NCBI GenBank assembly: GCA_965277125.1
Contig: CBDIBU010000004.1
Location: forward strand, 87,940 to 151,939
Direction of reading: 5' to 3'
DNA from: Acidobacteriaceae bacterium
Lineage (GTDB): Bacteria > Acidobacteriota > Terriglobia > Terriglobales > Acidobacteriaceae
DNA: 64,000 nt
The translations under genes and the position numbers were made by a program. This document shows positions 50,897 through 60,396 of the stretch, one piece after another. The notes beneath the pieces are model-generated. The model ran no database searches and was not told the DNA's origin. It was given only the letters and a program-made list of their open reading frames with translations. The first letter of the stretch is position 1. Each line of letters begins with the position of its first letter.

Positions 50897-52428
50897 ATGA
50901 CAGATCGCACGGTATTTATTCGGCGTATCGCGAGCGGCTTTATTGGCCTTGCGTGTGCCATGGGGGTGTTCCCCGATGCTGCTCGGGCGCTGACACCGGT
51001 TTCCATTACCGCCCAGACGCCTGGGCCGACGCCGTTCATTGAAAAGATCACGGCGGACACGACGGGGAGAGGATCGCTCAGTTACGTTGTGTTCGCGGTT
51101 TACCCGAAGGCAGGCTCGTTTACGCGTCCGATGACAGGGGTTTACACGGCGAATCACCTGGCTGCGGAGGGCAACCTGACGAGCACGTCGGTGACGGTGC
51201 CGGTCTTTGGGCTGTATGCCGGGAGCACGAACAATGTTTTTCTGTACTTTGTGTTTGGCAACTCGGCAGCCAACTTCAGCACGGCCAGTGTAAATGCGAC
51301 GGTCACGACGACGGCGTACACCGACCCGTGCAATCGGCTGAACACCCCGGTGGTGCAGCAGAACCGTACGGCAAGGTCGAACATCGGCTTCGACTTTTTT
51401 ATGCTGAAGAACTCCTGCAGCCCTGATTTCCCGGCGCTTGTCGACACTGACGGGAACGTGCGCTGGGTTGGGGATGCGCATGTCGGCACGCAGTCGGCGA
51501 TTTTGTATAAAGACAATGTGTACGCGAGCGACGGCGGTTCGGGTGTAAACCGAATCACCCTGGACGGGATTGTGAGCAAGGTCGGCGATTATGCGGCGGG
51601 GTATAACGTCACGTTTACCGGCCACCATAACTTTGACCCGGGCCGGAATGGCATCATCCTCGATGTGAACACGACGACGCAGACGGAGTCAGTGGAGCTG
51701 GAGATCGATCCCACGACGGGCAAGGTGCTGCAGGTGTGGGATATGAGCCAGATCATCAGCGCCGCGATGGTTGCGGGCGGTGATGGCGCCAATGTGAATC
51801 AGTTTGTCTTTCCGGTCGGCAACGACTGGTTTCACAACAACGCGAGCACGTATAACCCTGCCGACAATACGCTGATCATTTCGAGCCGGGAAAACTTCGT
51901 GATGGCGGTGGACTACGACACGCCAGCGGACGGGGTGAAGAAGATTCACTGGATCCTGGGCGACCCGACCAAGCACTGGTATCAGTTCCCGTCGTTGCAG
52001 AAGTTTGCTCTTTCGCCGACAGGTAGCACGACGGTGCCGATCGGCCAGCACGCCGTCTCGATCGATCTTAGCGCAATCTTTTGCTGTTCGATGACGGGAC
52101 CGGAAGTACATTTCAGCAGCCTGCCGGCATGACCCGCACGTTCAGCGCTGCGCGGGCGTACCAGATCAATACAACCAATATGACGGCCACCGAGGTCTTC
52201 ACCTACGCTCCGCAGGGCAAGTACAGCGCCTTCTGCGGCAGCGTTTATGAACCCACGCGTGGCAGCTACCTGGTCGACTTTACTTTGGCCAACAATGAGC
52301 AGACAACGGAGCTTCAGGGTCTAGGCGCCGGCAACACTCTGGTGTTCGACATCCAGTATCCGGTGGCCAACTTCTGCGGCGCGGGTTGGAATGCTATTCC
52401 TGTACCGAGCACGTATATCGAGCAGTAA
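50897..52428 (+). pseudogene. aryl-sulfate sulfotransferase (ASST)-family gene, frameshifted
   Basis: Signal peptide MTDRTVFIRRIASGFIGLACAMGVFPDAARA. ASST-like NDWFHNNASTYNPADNTLIISSRENFVMAVDY and PIGQHAVSID, then a frame change near 52067..52072 into the ORF beginning (N)LLLFDDGTGS (52081..52428). Lower GC than the flanks. Confidence 0.7.
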
Positions 52429-52444
52429 GCTGTTGCGGCATAGG

Positions 52445-52482
52445 GGAGCACGCCTGACGATCTGGCGTGCTCCTTTTCTTTT
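52445..52482 (+). terminator. rho-independent terminator
   Basis: GGAGCACGCC-tgacgatct-GGCGTGCTCC followed by TTTTCTTTT, 17 nt after the ASST-like stop. Confidence 0.8.
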
Positions 52483-52720
52483 ACGGATGGCTGTGCCGAT
52501 CGAAGCTGAGGCGCAGCAACGAGGATGCCCGCCTCGGGAGTAGCGAGTAGGTTGTCAGGATTGTGGTCCGCAGGCGAGGCAACTGCCCGCCCGGTCAGGG
52601 AAGACGGCCATCATCGACGGCGAGTTTGATCCGGCTAGCTGTTCGTTTGCGCTTGATCGGCGTGTTGCGGTGAATGAATTTCCAAAGGGCACGGGATGCG
52701 CTGCCGTTAGACTGTAAAGG

Positions 52721-54049
52721 ATGGCTGTGATCTTGAAGGTTCGGGGGACGCGCGACCTGCTGCCGCCGGAGACGGCGCTGTGGAACCGGGTGGAGGCGAC
52801 CGCGCGCGGGGTCTTTGCGCGGTATGGGTTTGGCGAGATTCGGACGCCGATCTTTGAGGCGACGGAGCTTTTTGCGCGCGGGGTGGGGGAGGAGACGGAC
52901 ATTGTCTCGAAAGAGATGTACACCTTTACGCCCGCGGACGATGTAGGGCGGCGTGTGGGCGCGGGGGAGCGCACGGGCGAGGAGAAGGGGCACAGCCTGA
53001 CGCTGCGGCCGGAGAACACGGCCGGTGTGGTGCGGGCGTACATCGAGCACAAGCTGTATGAGGCCGGCACGCTGCAGAAGCTGTTTTATATCGGGCCGAT
53101 GTTTCGCCGGGAGCGGCCGCAGCGGGGGCGCTATCGGCAGTTCTGGCAGATCGGCTGCGAGGTGCTGGGGCCGGCGTGGTCGGGCGCGGAGAGCGCGCTG
53201 CGCGACGCCGAGGTGCTGGAGATGTTGGCGACGCTGCTGAATGAGCTTGGGGTGCGGGGATGGGAGTTGCAGTTGAACTCGATCGGCTCGGCGGCGGACC
53301 GGGCGCGGTATGGGGAGGCGCTGCGGGGGGCGCTCGAGCCGGTGCGCGGGGCGCTGTGCCCGGAGAACCAGCGGCGGGCGCAGACCAATCCGATACGGGT
53401 GCTGGACTCGAAGGACCCGCGGGACCAGGAGATTATCAACGGGCTGCCGAAGATCGGGGAGTATTTGGACGAGGAGTCGCGGGCGCACTTTGAGCAGGTG
53501 AAGGCGGCGCTGGCGGCGTGCGGTGTGCCGTTCCGGGAGAATTCGCGGCTGGTGCGGGGGCTGGACTACTACACGCGGACGACGTTTGAGTTTACGGTGC
53601 CGGACGGAAGCGGGCTGGGCACGCAGAATGCGCTGCTGGGGGGTGGCCGCTACGACGGGCTGAGCGAGATGCTGGGCGGACCGAAGGCGCCGGGGATCGG
53701 GTTCGCGATCGGGGAGGACCGGCTGCTGCTGCTGCTGCAGGCCCAGGCGGAGCAGGAGGGCGCGCTCGAGCGGAAGCTGGACGCGTTTATCGCGCCGATG
53801 GGTGTGGGGCAGAACGCGGCGGCGCTGGAGCTGGCACGCGAGCTGCGGGCGACCGGGCTGACGATCGAGCTGGGCGAGGGGGCGTTTCGGCTGCGGCGCT
53901 CGTTTGAGACGGCGGACAAGCTGGCGCAACGGATGGTGATTGTGGGAGAGGACGAGCTGAAGAGCGGCGTGTATCCGGTGAAGTACTTTGCGCGGGGCGA
54001 ACAGGCGCAGGTGCCGCGGGCGGAGCTGGCGGCGGCGCTGCGGCGGTAG
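52721..54049 (+). CDS. hisS: histidine--tRNA ligase
   Basis: VRGTRDLLP, GPMFRRERPQRGRYRQFWQ (motif 2), GGGRYDGL and GFAIGEDRL (motif 3 region). 442 aa. Confidence 0.95.
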   Translation: MAVILKVRGTRDLLPPETALWNRVEATARGVFARYGFGEIRTPIFEATELFARGVGEETDIVSKEMYTFTPADDVGRRVGAGERTGEEKGHSLTLRPENTAGVVRAYIEHKLYEAGTLQKLFYIGPMFRRERPQRGRYRQFWQIGCEVLGPAWSGAESALRDAEVLEMLATLLNELGVRGWELQLNSIGSAADRARYGEALRGALEPVRGALCPENQRRAQTNPIRVLDSKDPRDQEIINGLPKIGEYLDEESRAHFEQVKAALAACGVPFRENSRLVRGLDYYTRTTFEFTVPDGSGLGTQNALLGGGRYDGLSEMLGGPKAPGIGFAIGEDRLLLLLQAQAEQEGALERKLDAFIAPMGVGQNAAALELARELRATGLTIELGEGAFRLRRSFETADKLAQRMVIVGEDELKSGVYPVKYFARGEQAQVPRAELAAALRR

Positions 54050-54122
54050 AGGGGCACAGCGATGCTTTTTCTTGCAGAGCGCAGCCCTTAGCGGAGCGGG
54101 ATCGGCGACCGCGACCGGAGCA

Positions 54123-54185
54123 AACTGCAGGTTTCTCCACTCCGAACGCACGATACGACTGTGCGTTCTTCGGTCGAAATGACAG
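54123..54185 (+). repeat. dispersed hairpin module, solo copy
   Basis: AACTGCAGGTTTCTCCACTCCGAACGCACGATACGACTGTGCGTTCTTCGGTCGAAATGACAG. Stem GAACGCAC (54144..54151) / GTGCGTTC (54161..54168), loop GATACGACT. Confidence 0.85.
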
Positions 54186-54256
54186 GTTATGGGTAAGCGA
54201 AACATGTGGGTGAGCTGGGGTTAGCGAGCTGTGGCGGTGCAGCGCAGGGGGCGAGG

Positions 54257-54886
54257 ATGAGTGAACCGCAGTGGCTGCGATGGACGCGGGAGTTGCAGGC
54301 GATTGCGCAGAGCGGGCTGGCGTACACGCCGAGCGCGTATGACCGGGAGCGCTTCGAGCAGCTGCGCGGGATCGCGTCCGAGATGATGGCGGTGCGGACG
54401 GGTGTGCCGGCGGAGCGGATCGAGGCGCTGTTCGCGGGCGAGCATGGCTATGCGACGCCGAAGGTGGATGTGCGTGGCGCGGTGTTTGACGGGCAGGGGC
54501 GGCTGCTGATGGTGCGGGAGACGGCCGACGGTGGGCGCTGGACGCTGCCGGGCGGATGGGCGGATGTGAACCGAACGCCGGCGGAGTGCGTGGCCAAGGA
54601 GGTGCTCGAGGAGAGCGGGTACGCGGTGCGGGCGAGCCGGCTGGCGGCGGTGTGGGACCGATCGGCGCAGGGTCACACGGGCGGCGTGTTTTCCTGCTGG
54701 AAGCTGTTCTTTGTGTGCGAGGTGACGGGCGGGGCGGCGCGGGGAAGCCTGGAGACCTCGGAGGTGGGGTGGTTCGGGGAGGCGGAGCTGCCGCGGGATC
54801 TGTCGACGGCCCGGGTGCTGCCGCACCAGCTGCAGCGGATGTTTGCCCATGCGCGCGAGCCGGGGATGGCGACGGAGTTCGAGTAG
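54257..54886 (+). CDS. NUDIX hydrolase with N-terminal helical (Nudix_N-like) extension
   Basis: Trimmed to MSEPQWLRWTRELQAIAQSGLAYT. Nudix box GGWADVNRTPAECVAKEVLEESGY. Confidence 0.85.
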   Translation: MSEPQWLRWTRELQAIAQSGLAYTPSAYDRERFEQLRGIASEMMAVRTGVPAERIEALFAGEHGYATPKVDVRGAVFDGQGRLLMVRETADGGRWTLPGGWADVNRTPAECVAKEVLEESGYAVRASRLAAVWDRSAQGHTGGVFSCWKLFFVCEVTGGAARGSLETSEVGWFGEAELPRDLSTARVLPHQLQRMFAHAREPGMATEFE

Positions 54887-55025
54887 CGGCGGGATCGCCT
54901 GGGTACTTAGGATTGCCGGGGCAGCGGAGCGTCGTCGCGGGCCAGGCGGTTCCGGATGCATACTGGTGGGACGTTCCGCGGCGAGCTCGCATGCAGGGAG
55001 CGTACGTCGTGCGTGGGAGGGCCAG

Positions 55026-55904
55026 GTGCATCCGGATCTTGAGAGGTTGATTGTGCTGCAGCGGCTGGATGTGGAGCTGCGCAAGCTGCTGGAGGAGACC
55101 GCGGCGATTCCGTCGCGGATCGCGGCGTTGGCGGCGCGGTCGGCGGAGGCGCAGGGGGCGCTGCTGCGGGTGGAAGAGGCGCTGGCGCGCGAGGAGACGG
55201 GGCGGCGGTCGCTGCAACTGGAGGTGCGCACGCTGAATGAGCGGGCGGCGCGGTTGCGGCGGCAGATGGATGTGGTGACGACGACGACGCAGGCGGGGGC
55301 GCTCGAGCACGAGATCGAGTTTCTTGCTGGGGAGGTGCGACGTCTGGAGGATGAGGAGTTGGCGTCCATGGAGCGGACGGAGCTCTTTGAGGCGAAGCTG
55401 CCGGGGGCGCGCGAGGCGGTGACGGGGACGGAGGCGAACCTGGAGCTGGCGCGGGTGAGCGGGGCGGAGCGCGGGGCGTGGATCGGGGAGCGGACGGCGG
55501 AGCTCCAGGAGGAGCGTCTGGCGCTGCGGCGGGCGATGGGTCAGACGGGCGGCGATGCGTCGCTGGGGAGCTATGACCGGATCGCGCGATCGCGTGGGAC
55601 GGCGGTTGCGGAGGGCGTGGACGGCAAGTGCTCGGCGTGCCAGATGGTGGTGCGGCCGCAGCGCTGGAACGATCTGCGGGATCGATCGAACGACACGCTG
55701 ATGCTGAGCTGCGAGCACTGCGGGCGGCTGCTGTACTGGGATCCGGCGCGGGATGCGCCGCAGAAGAAGCCGGCGGCGGGGGTGGCGGGGACGGGCACCG
55801 GGGCTGCCGGCAGACCGCAGCCGCCGAACCGGCCGCGGATCGGGGAGACCAAGCCGGCGGATCGGGAGGAGAGCATCGCGGCGCGGATCGTGAGGGGGCT
55901 GTGA
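55026..55904 (+). CDS. coiled-coil protein with C-terminal C4 zinc ribbon (COG1579/DUF164-like)
   Basis: Long heptad-rich region, then CSACQMVVRPQRWNDL...CEHCGRLLYW. The GTG at 55026 lies 6 nt after GGGAGG; the ORF is open from 54843. Confidence 0.75.
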   Translation: MHPDLERLIVLQRLDVELRKLLEETAAIPSRIAALAARSAEAQGALLRVEEALAREETGRRSLQLEVRTLNERAARLRRQMDVVTTTTQAGALEHEIEFLAGEVRRLEDEELASMERTELFEAKLPGAREAVTGTEANLELARVSGAERGAWIGERTAELQEERLALRRAMGQTGGDASLGSYDRIARSRGTAVAEGVDGKCSACQMVVRPQRWNDLRDRSNDTLMLSCEHCGRLLYWDPARDAPQKKPAAGVAGTGTGAAGRPQPPNRPRIGETKPADREESIAARIVRGL

Positions 55905-56428
55905 CGCGGGTGGCGGTGGACATGGACGAGGTGATCGCGGACGCGGTTGCGGAGCACCTCGCACGCTATAACCGCAAGTTTCATGAGCGGCTGACGAAGC
56001 AGGATCTGGAGGGCAGGTGGCTGTGGGACGCGGTGCCGCCGGAGCGGCACGAGGCGCTGGAGGCGATGCTGCACACGGACGATTTCTTTGCCGACCTGCC
56101 GGTGTTTCCCGAGGCGCAGCGGGTGCTGCGGCGGATGGGCGAGCGCTACGAGGTGTTTATCGCGACGGCGGCGATGGAGGTGCCGAGGTCGTTTGCGGCG
56201 AAGTTTGACTGGCTTGATCGGCATTTTCCGTTTATCGCGCCGTCGCACATTGTGTTTTGCGGTGACAAGAGCGTGCTGGCGACGGACTTTCTGATCGACG
56301 ACAACCCGCGGCAGCTGCGGCGGTTTCGCGGCGAGGGGATTATGTATAGCTCACCGAGCAACCGGCACGTGACGGGGTTTCGGCGGGTGGAGGATTGGTT
56401 GGAGGTGGAGCGGATGTTTTTGGGGTGA
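55901..56428 (+). CDS. 5'(3')-deoxyribonucleotidase (NT5C family, HAD fold)
   Basis: VAVDMDEVIADAV (DxDxV/T motif I), ...VFIATAAM..., LIDDNPRQL. The GTG start overlaps the upstream stop (GTGA). Confidence 0.8.
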   Translation: MTRVAVDMDEVIADAVAEHLARYNRKFHERLTKQDLEGRWLWDAVPPERHEALEAMLHTDDFFADLPVFPEAQRVLRRMGERYEVFIATAAMEVPRSFAAKFDWLDRHFPFIAPSHIVFCGDKSVLATDFLIDDNPRQLRRFRGEGIMYSSPSNRHVTGFRRVEDWLEVERMFLG

Positions 56429-56445
56429 GAAGCGGTTTGATCGAG

Positions 56446-56535
56446 AGTTTTAGTTGGGAGTTGGGAGTTGAGTTGGGAGTTGGGAGTTGGGAGTTTAGTT
56501 GGTAGTTGAGAGTTTTAGTTTGGGATGTTGTTGGG
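56446..56535 (+). repeat. G/T-rich heptanucleotide microsatellite (TTGGGAG)n, imperfect
   Basis: TTTTAGTTGGGAGTTGGGAGTTGAGTTGGGAGTTGGGAGTTGGGAGTTTAGTTGGTAGTTGAGAGTTTTAGTTTGGGATGTTGTTGGG, between convergent genes. Confidence 0.85.
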
Positions 56536-56573
56536 CAGGGCTGGGCATGTCTTGGGCGCGTCTTGGGCGGTGT

Positions 56574-57035
56574 CTAGGTGTAGAGGGCAGCTTCGAAATT
56601 TTCGATGGCGGCGGGGTTCCAGGCGTGGGTGGCGGCGCGCCAGCGTTGGCCGGGTTCGGCGAGGAAGTTGGGGAAGTCGGCGCGGCAGAAGCTTTCGCGG
56701 CGGCCGAAGTCGACCATGGCCTGGGCGGCGCCGTCGAGGTAGAGCACGGCCTGGAGGCCGTCGCGCGACCACTCGATAGCGGCGAGACGTTCCGCGGCGG
56801 GATGCTTCCGAGCCGGATGGCCGGACGAGCGGGCCAAGGGGTTGTTGGCGGTGATGGCGGCGACGTTGTAGATCAGCATGGCGTCGAGGATGGCGGCTTC
56901 GCCGGGGCCGAGCGAGCGGTCGCAGGCGTAGAGGTAGGCGGCGACCCCCTCGTCCTCGAAGCGGACGAACCAGGGGCTGGTGGCGGAGGCGGACTCGAGC
57001 AGGGCGCGGCCGGGGGTGAAGGAGATCGACTCCAT
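56574..57035 (-). CDS. conserved hypothetical protein (possibly DUF2251-like)
   Basis: ORF 56574..57050 with an internal ATG at 57035. WFVRFEDEGVAAYLYACD...ILDAMLIYNV recalls a small family of unknown function, but this is memory only. Confidence 0.55.
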   Translation of the reverse strand: MESISFTPGRALLESASATSPWFVRFEDEGVAAYLYACDRSLGPGEAAILDAMLIYNVAAITANNPLARSSGHPARKHPAAERLAAIEWSRDGLQAVLYLDGAAQAMVDFGRRESFCRADFPNFLAEPGQRWRAATHAWNPAAIENFEAALYT

Positions 57036-57220
57036 GGCCACACGATACACTCGAGGCTGCCCGGCGCCCCTCTGTCCGGCCGAGTCGATCGCGCCCCTTT
57101 TTGGTCTGCCCGTCGTCTCCCTGCCCTGATGTTTTCTGTGCGGACACGGCGTGGGGTGGCGAGATGGCCGTCATGCCGGGGGCGCATGGCGGAGATCTTC
57201 TGTCTTGTGATGATGTGCCG

Positions 57221-58450
57221 ATGAAGCTGCGATGGTTTGTGCTGGGCCGGCCGCAGGCGATGGCCGCGCTGCTGCTGCTGTTCTTTGTCGGCGAGTGCCT
57301 GTGGACGATCGGCGACCAGCAGCTGTCGGCGGCGGACTTCCGCTATGCGCGGTGCGGGCGCGAGATGTGGGAGCGGCCGTCGCCGCTGGCGGGCTACTTC
57401 ACGACCTGCGGCAATCTGTCGGGGGACGGGCTGTTTGCGTATCGGCTGGCGGGGCTGCCGTTGACGATGCAGCGGCTGGTGCTGCTGGGGGCGGATCGGC
57501 TGCGCCGGCCGGAGAACCGGGTGTACGCGGGCGGGAGCCTGAACGGATCGACGTGGGAGGCGCGGCACGAGCTTGTGGATGTGAAGTATCTGCTGCATCT
57601 GCCGTTTGTGCTGTTTGCGGCGTGGCTGGGGGGCGGGCTGTGGTGGGTGACGCGGCGACTGTTCGGCAACGAGGGCGGGGCGTTTGCGCTGGGGCTGTAT
57701 GTGCTGTCGCCGATGGTGATCGGGGCGGCGGTGCGGCCGAACAACGATGTGCTGGCGATGTGGGGGCTGTACGGCCTGGTGTACACGGCGATCGGGGTGG
57801 CGCACGCGATGCAGGGGCCGCGCCGCAGGTGGCGGCCACGGCTGGCGCTGCTGACGACGGCGCTGGGTTTGACGGCGGCGGCGCACCTGCTGGCGGCGAC
57901 CTTCGGGGAGATGGCGGCGCTGGCGCTGATGCTGTATGTGGCGGAGCGGCGGCGATCGTATGTCATGCAGATTCTGATATTTGCGGGAATGGGCGCGCTG
58001 GGGATCGAGCTTGCGTTTTTTTCGTTTCGGTTCGCGCCGTTCACCTATGTTTTTACCGGGGGCGCGGCGCGCTTCGGCTTGAGCACGTTTGGTGCGCGGG
58101 CGCTGCTGCTGCCCTCGATGAAGGACGCGCTTTCGATGGCGAACGCGCCGGTGGCGGTGGCGATCGGGGCGGCGCTGGTGCTGTGGCTGGGGGTGCGGCG
58201 GAGCCGATACTTCGGCAACACGGCGCCGCTGCTGGTGGCGCTGCCGCTGGTGTTTTTGGAGCCGCTCGGGGCGCAGATGGCGCCGTGGGTGTGGGCGCTT
58301 CCCTTTCTGCTGACGTTTACGGGCGGGGTGTTTGCGGATGCGTTTGAGACGCGGCACCGGAGGCTGTTTTTGCTGGTGGCGGGAGCGATTCTGCTGACGG
58401 AGGCGGCGGCGACCCTGCCGGCGTTGCGGTTGATCGCGCACGCGGGCTAG
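57221..58450 (+). CDS. polytopic membrane protein (GT-C/ArnT-like glycosyltransferase fold suspected)
   Basis: About 10 predicted TM helices. Start at ATG 57221 (MKLRWFVLGRPQAMAALLLLFFV). Function is inferred only from topology and general resemblance. Confidence 0.55.
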   Translation: MKLRWFVLGRPQAMAALLLLFFVGECLWTIGDQQLSAADFRYARCGREMWERPSPLAGYFTTCGNLSGDGLFAYRLAGLPLTMQRLVLLGADRLRRPENRVYAGGSLNGSTWEARHELVDVKYLLHLPFVLFAAWLGGGLWWVTRRLFGNEGGAFALGLYVLSPMVIGAAVRPNNDVLAMWGLYGLVYTAIGVAHAMQGPRRRWRPRLALLTTALGLTAAAHLLAATFGEMAALALMLYVAERRRSYVMQILIFAGMGALGIELAFFSFRFAPFTYVFTGGAARFGLSTFGARALLLPSMKDALSMANAPVAVAIGAALVLWLGVRRSRYFGNTAPLLVALPLVFLEPLGAQMAPWVWALPFLLTFTGGVFADAFETRHRRLFLLVAGAILLTEAAATLPALRLIAHAG

Positions 58451-58614
58451 GGTTTGCGGATGCTGTGCCGCTGATGGACCGCGCTGAGGTCTTCTTGCTT
58501 GGGAGGCGACCACCTGTGCCTCACGGAGAGATGCTTTGGGTACCCTTGTGCGATACCTGCCGCGATCACGATAGGGCGGGGGCGGATGGATCGTATAAGC
58601 TCAGGGGCGACGAC

Positions 58615-60396
58615 ATGGCATGCTTTTTCCCTGCTCGATTTCTGCTGCGATCTTCCTCTGCTCGCCTGGCCGTTGCCGCCGCGGTCGCGCTCGGTCTGCT
58701 GTTTACGGGGGAGGGCTGCCGCAAGCAAAAGGCCGCGGGCGCGATTGCCGCGCCGAATACGGCGGAGTTCGCCGACGCGATCGAGCCCATGCTGCGCGGG
58801 CCGAAGCTCGACTTCCTGCGCTGGGGCGAGGTGGGCGATGTGCAGGGGGCGCTGAGCGCCTTTTACAACCAGCGCGAGATGCAGCTGGCGTGGAGCAAGG
58901 ACGGACGGCCGACCAGCCAGTCGAGAGCGATGATGGAGGCCTTTACGCACGCTGACGAGAAGGGTCTGCGGCCGGAGGACTACGACGCGGACCGATGGGA
59001 GGCGCGGGTGAATGCGCTGGGCGGTCGGGACCACGCGGCGGTGGCGCAGTTCGATGTGGCCATGACGGTGGACGCGATGCGCTACCTGAGCGACGTGCAC
59101 ATGGGGCGGGTGTCGCCGGGGCACTTTAACTTTGAGATCGATCGGCGGTCGAAGGCGTTGGATCTGCCGCAGGTGCTGAACGACCAGGTGCTTGAGGCGA
59201 CGGATGTGCCAGCGGTGATTAAGGGGCTCGAGCCGGATTCGGAGCTGTATCGCGAGACGCTGCAGGCGCTGCACAGGTATCAGGGTCTGGCCAAGCAGCA
59301 GGAGGGTGTGCAGCCGCTGCCGGAGCCCACGGGGCAGCTGCGCGCGGGCAGCCATTACGCGGGGCTGGCGGCGCTGCGGATGCGGCTGGCGCTCGAAGGG
59401 GACGGGGCGGCGCCGGCGGAGGATGCGAAGGACTCCGCCGCGCTGACGGCCGAGGACATGGAGGCGGTGAAGGCGTATCAGCAGCGGCACGGGATCTCGC
59501 AGGACGGGAAGCTGGGGCCGGCGACGGTGCGGAGCATGAATGTGCCGATGAGAGCGCGGGTGACGCAGATCGAGGACGCGCTCGAGCGCTGGCGATGGCT
59601 GCCGGAGCCGTACCTCAATCCGCGGCTGCTGGTGAATCTGCCGGAGTTTGTGCTGCGCGGATACACCCCGGACCACCAGCAGGAGTTCGCCATGCGCGTG
59701 GTGGACGGCAAACGCAAGGACAACCATGCGACGCCAGTGTTCACGCACATGATGAAGTATTTGATCTTCCGGCCGTACTGGAATGTGCCGGTGTCGATCA
59801 TCAAGAAGGAGCTGGTGGGGCACGTTGAGGCGCACCCCGGGTATCTTGAAGCGAAGAACTACGAGGTGCTGGGCAAGTCAGGCAAGCCGATCAGCGAGTA
59901 CACGGCGAGCTCGCTCGATCATGGCGGGTATGTAGTGCGCGAGAAGCCGGGGCCAACGAACTCGCTGGGGCTGATCAAGTTCATGTTCCCCAATCAGTAC
60001 GACATTTATCTGCACTCGACGCCGGAGAAGGCGTTATTTGATCGGTCGGTGCGGGACTTCAGCCACGGCTGCGTGCGGGTGCAGCATCCGGATGAGCTGG
60101 CGGTGTGGGTGCTGCACGGGCAGGAGGCGAAGGACGGCGAGGCGTGGGACCTGGACAAGGTCAACCAGGCGATGAACGATGAAGACGGCAACAACAAGCA
60201 GGTGAACCTGAAGACGCCACTGCCGATCGACATCTTTTACCTGACGGCGTTTCCGGATGGCGAGGGGAATATGAGCTTCTTCGACGACCTTTACGGGTAC
60301 GACGCGGATCTGGAGGGGACGATCGAGCATGGGCCGCCGTATCCGACGGCGCCGTTGCCGCCGAAGCCTACGGCCGAAGAGGGGGATACGGTTTAG
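58615..60396 (+). CDS. L,D-transpeptidase (YcbB-like, lipoprotein signal)
   Basis: Lipobox LLFTGEGC, PG-binding repeat AVKAYQQRHGISQDGKLGPATVRSMN, YkuD catalytic motif HSTPEKALFDRSVRDFSHGCVRV. Confidence 0.85.
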   Translation: MACFFPARFLLRSSSARLAVAAAVALGLLFTGEGCRKQKAAGAIAAPNTAEFADAIEPMLRGPKLDFLRWGEVGDVQGALSAFYNQREMQLAWSKDGRPTSQSRAMMEAFTHADEKGLRPEDYDADRWEARVNALGGRDHAAVAQFDVAMTVDAMRYLSDVHMGRVSPGHFNFEIDRRSKALDLPQVLNDQVLEATDVPAVIKGLEPDSELYRETLQALHRYQGLAKQQEGVQPLPEPTGQLRAGSHYAGLAALRMRLALEGDGAAPAEDAKDSAALTAEDMEAVKAYQQRHGISQDGKLGPATVRSMNVPMRARVTQIEDALERWRWLPEPYLNPRLLVNLPEFVLRGYTPDHQQEFAMRVVDGKRKDNHATPVFTHMMKYLIFRPYWNVPVSIIKKELVGHVEAHPGYLEAKNYEVLGKSGKPISEYTASSLDHGGYVVREKPGPTNSLGLIKFMFPNQYDIYLHSTPEKALFDRSVRDFSHGCVRVQHPDELAVWVLHGQEAKDGEAWDLDKVNQAMNDEDGNNKQVNLKTPLPIDIFYLTAFPDGEGNMSFFDDLYGYDADLEGTIEHGPPYPTAPLPPKPTAEEGDTV

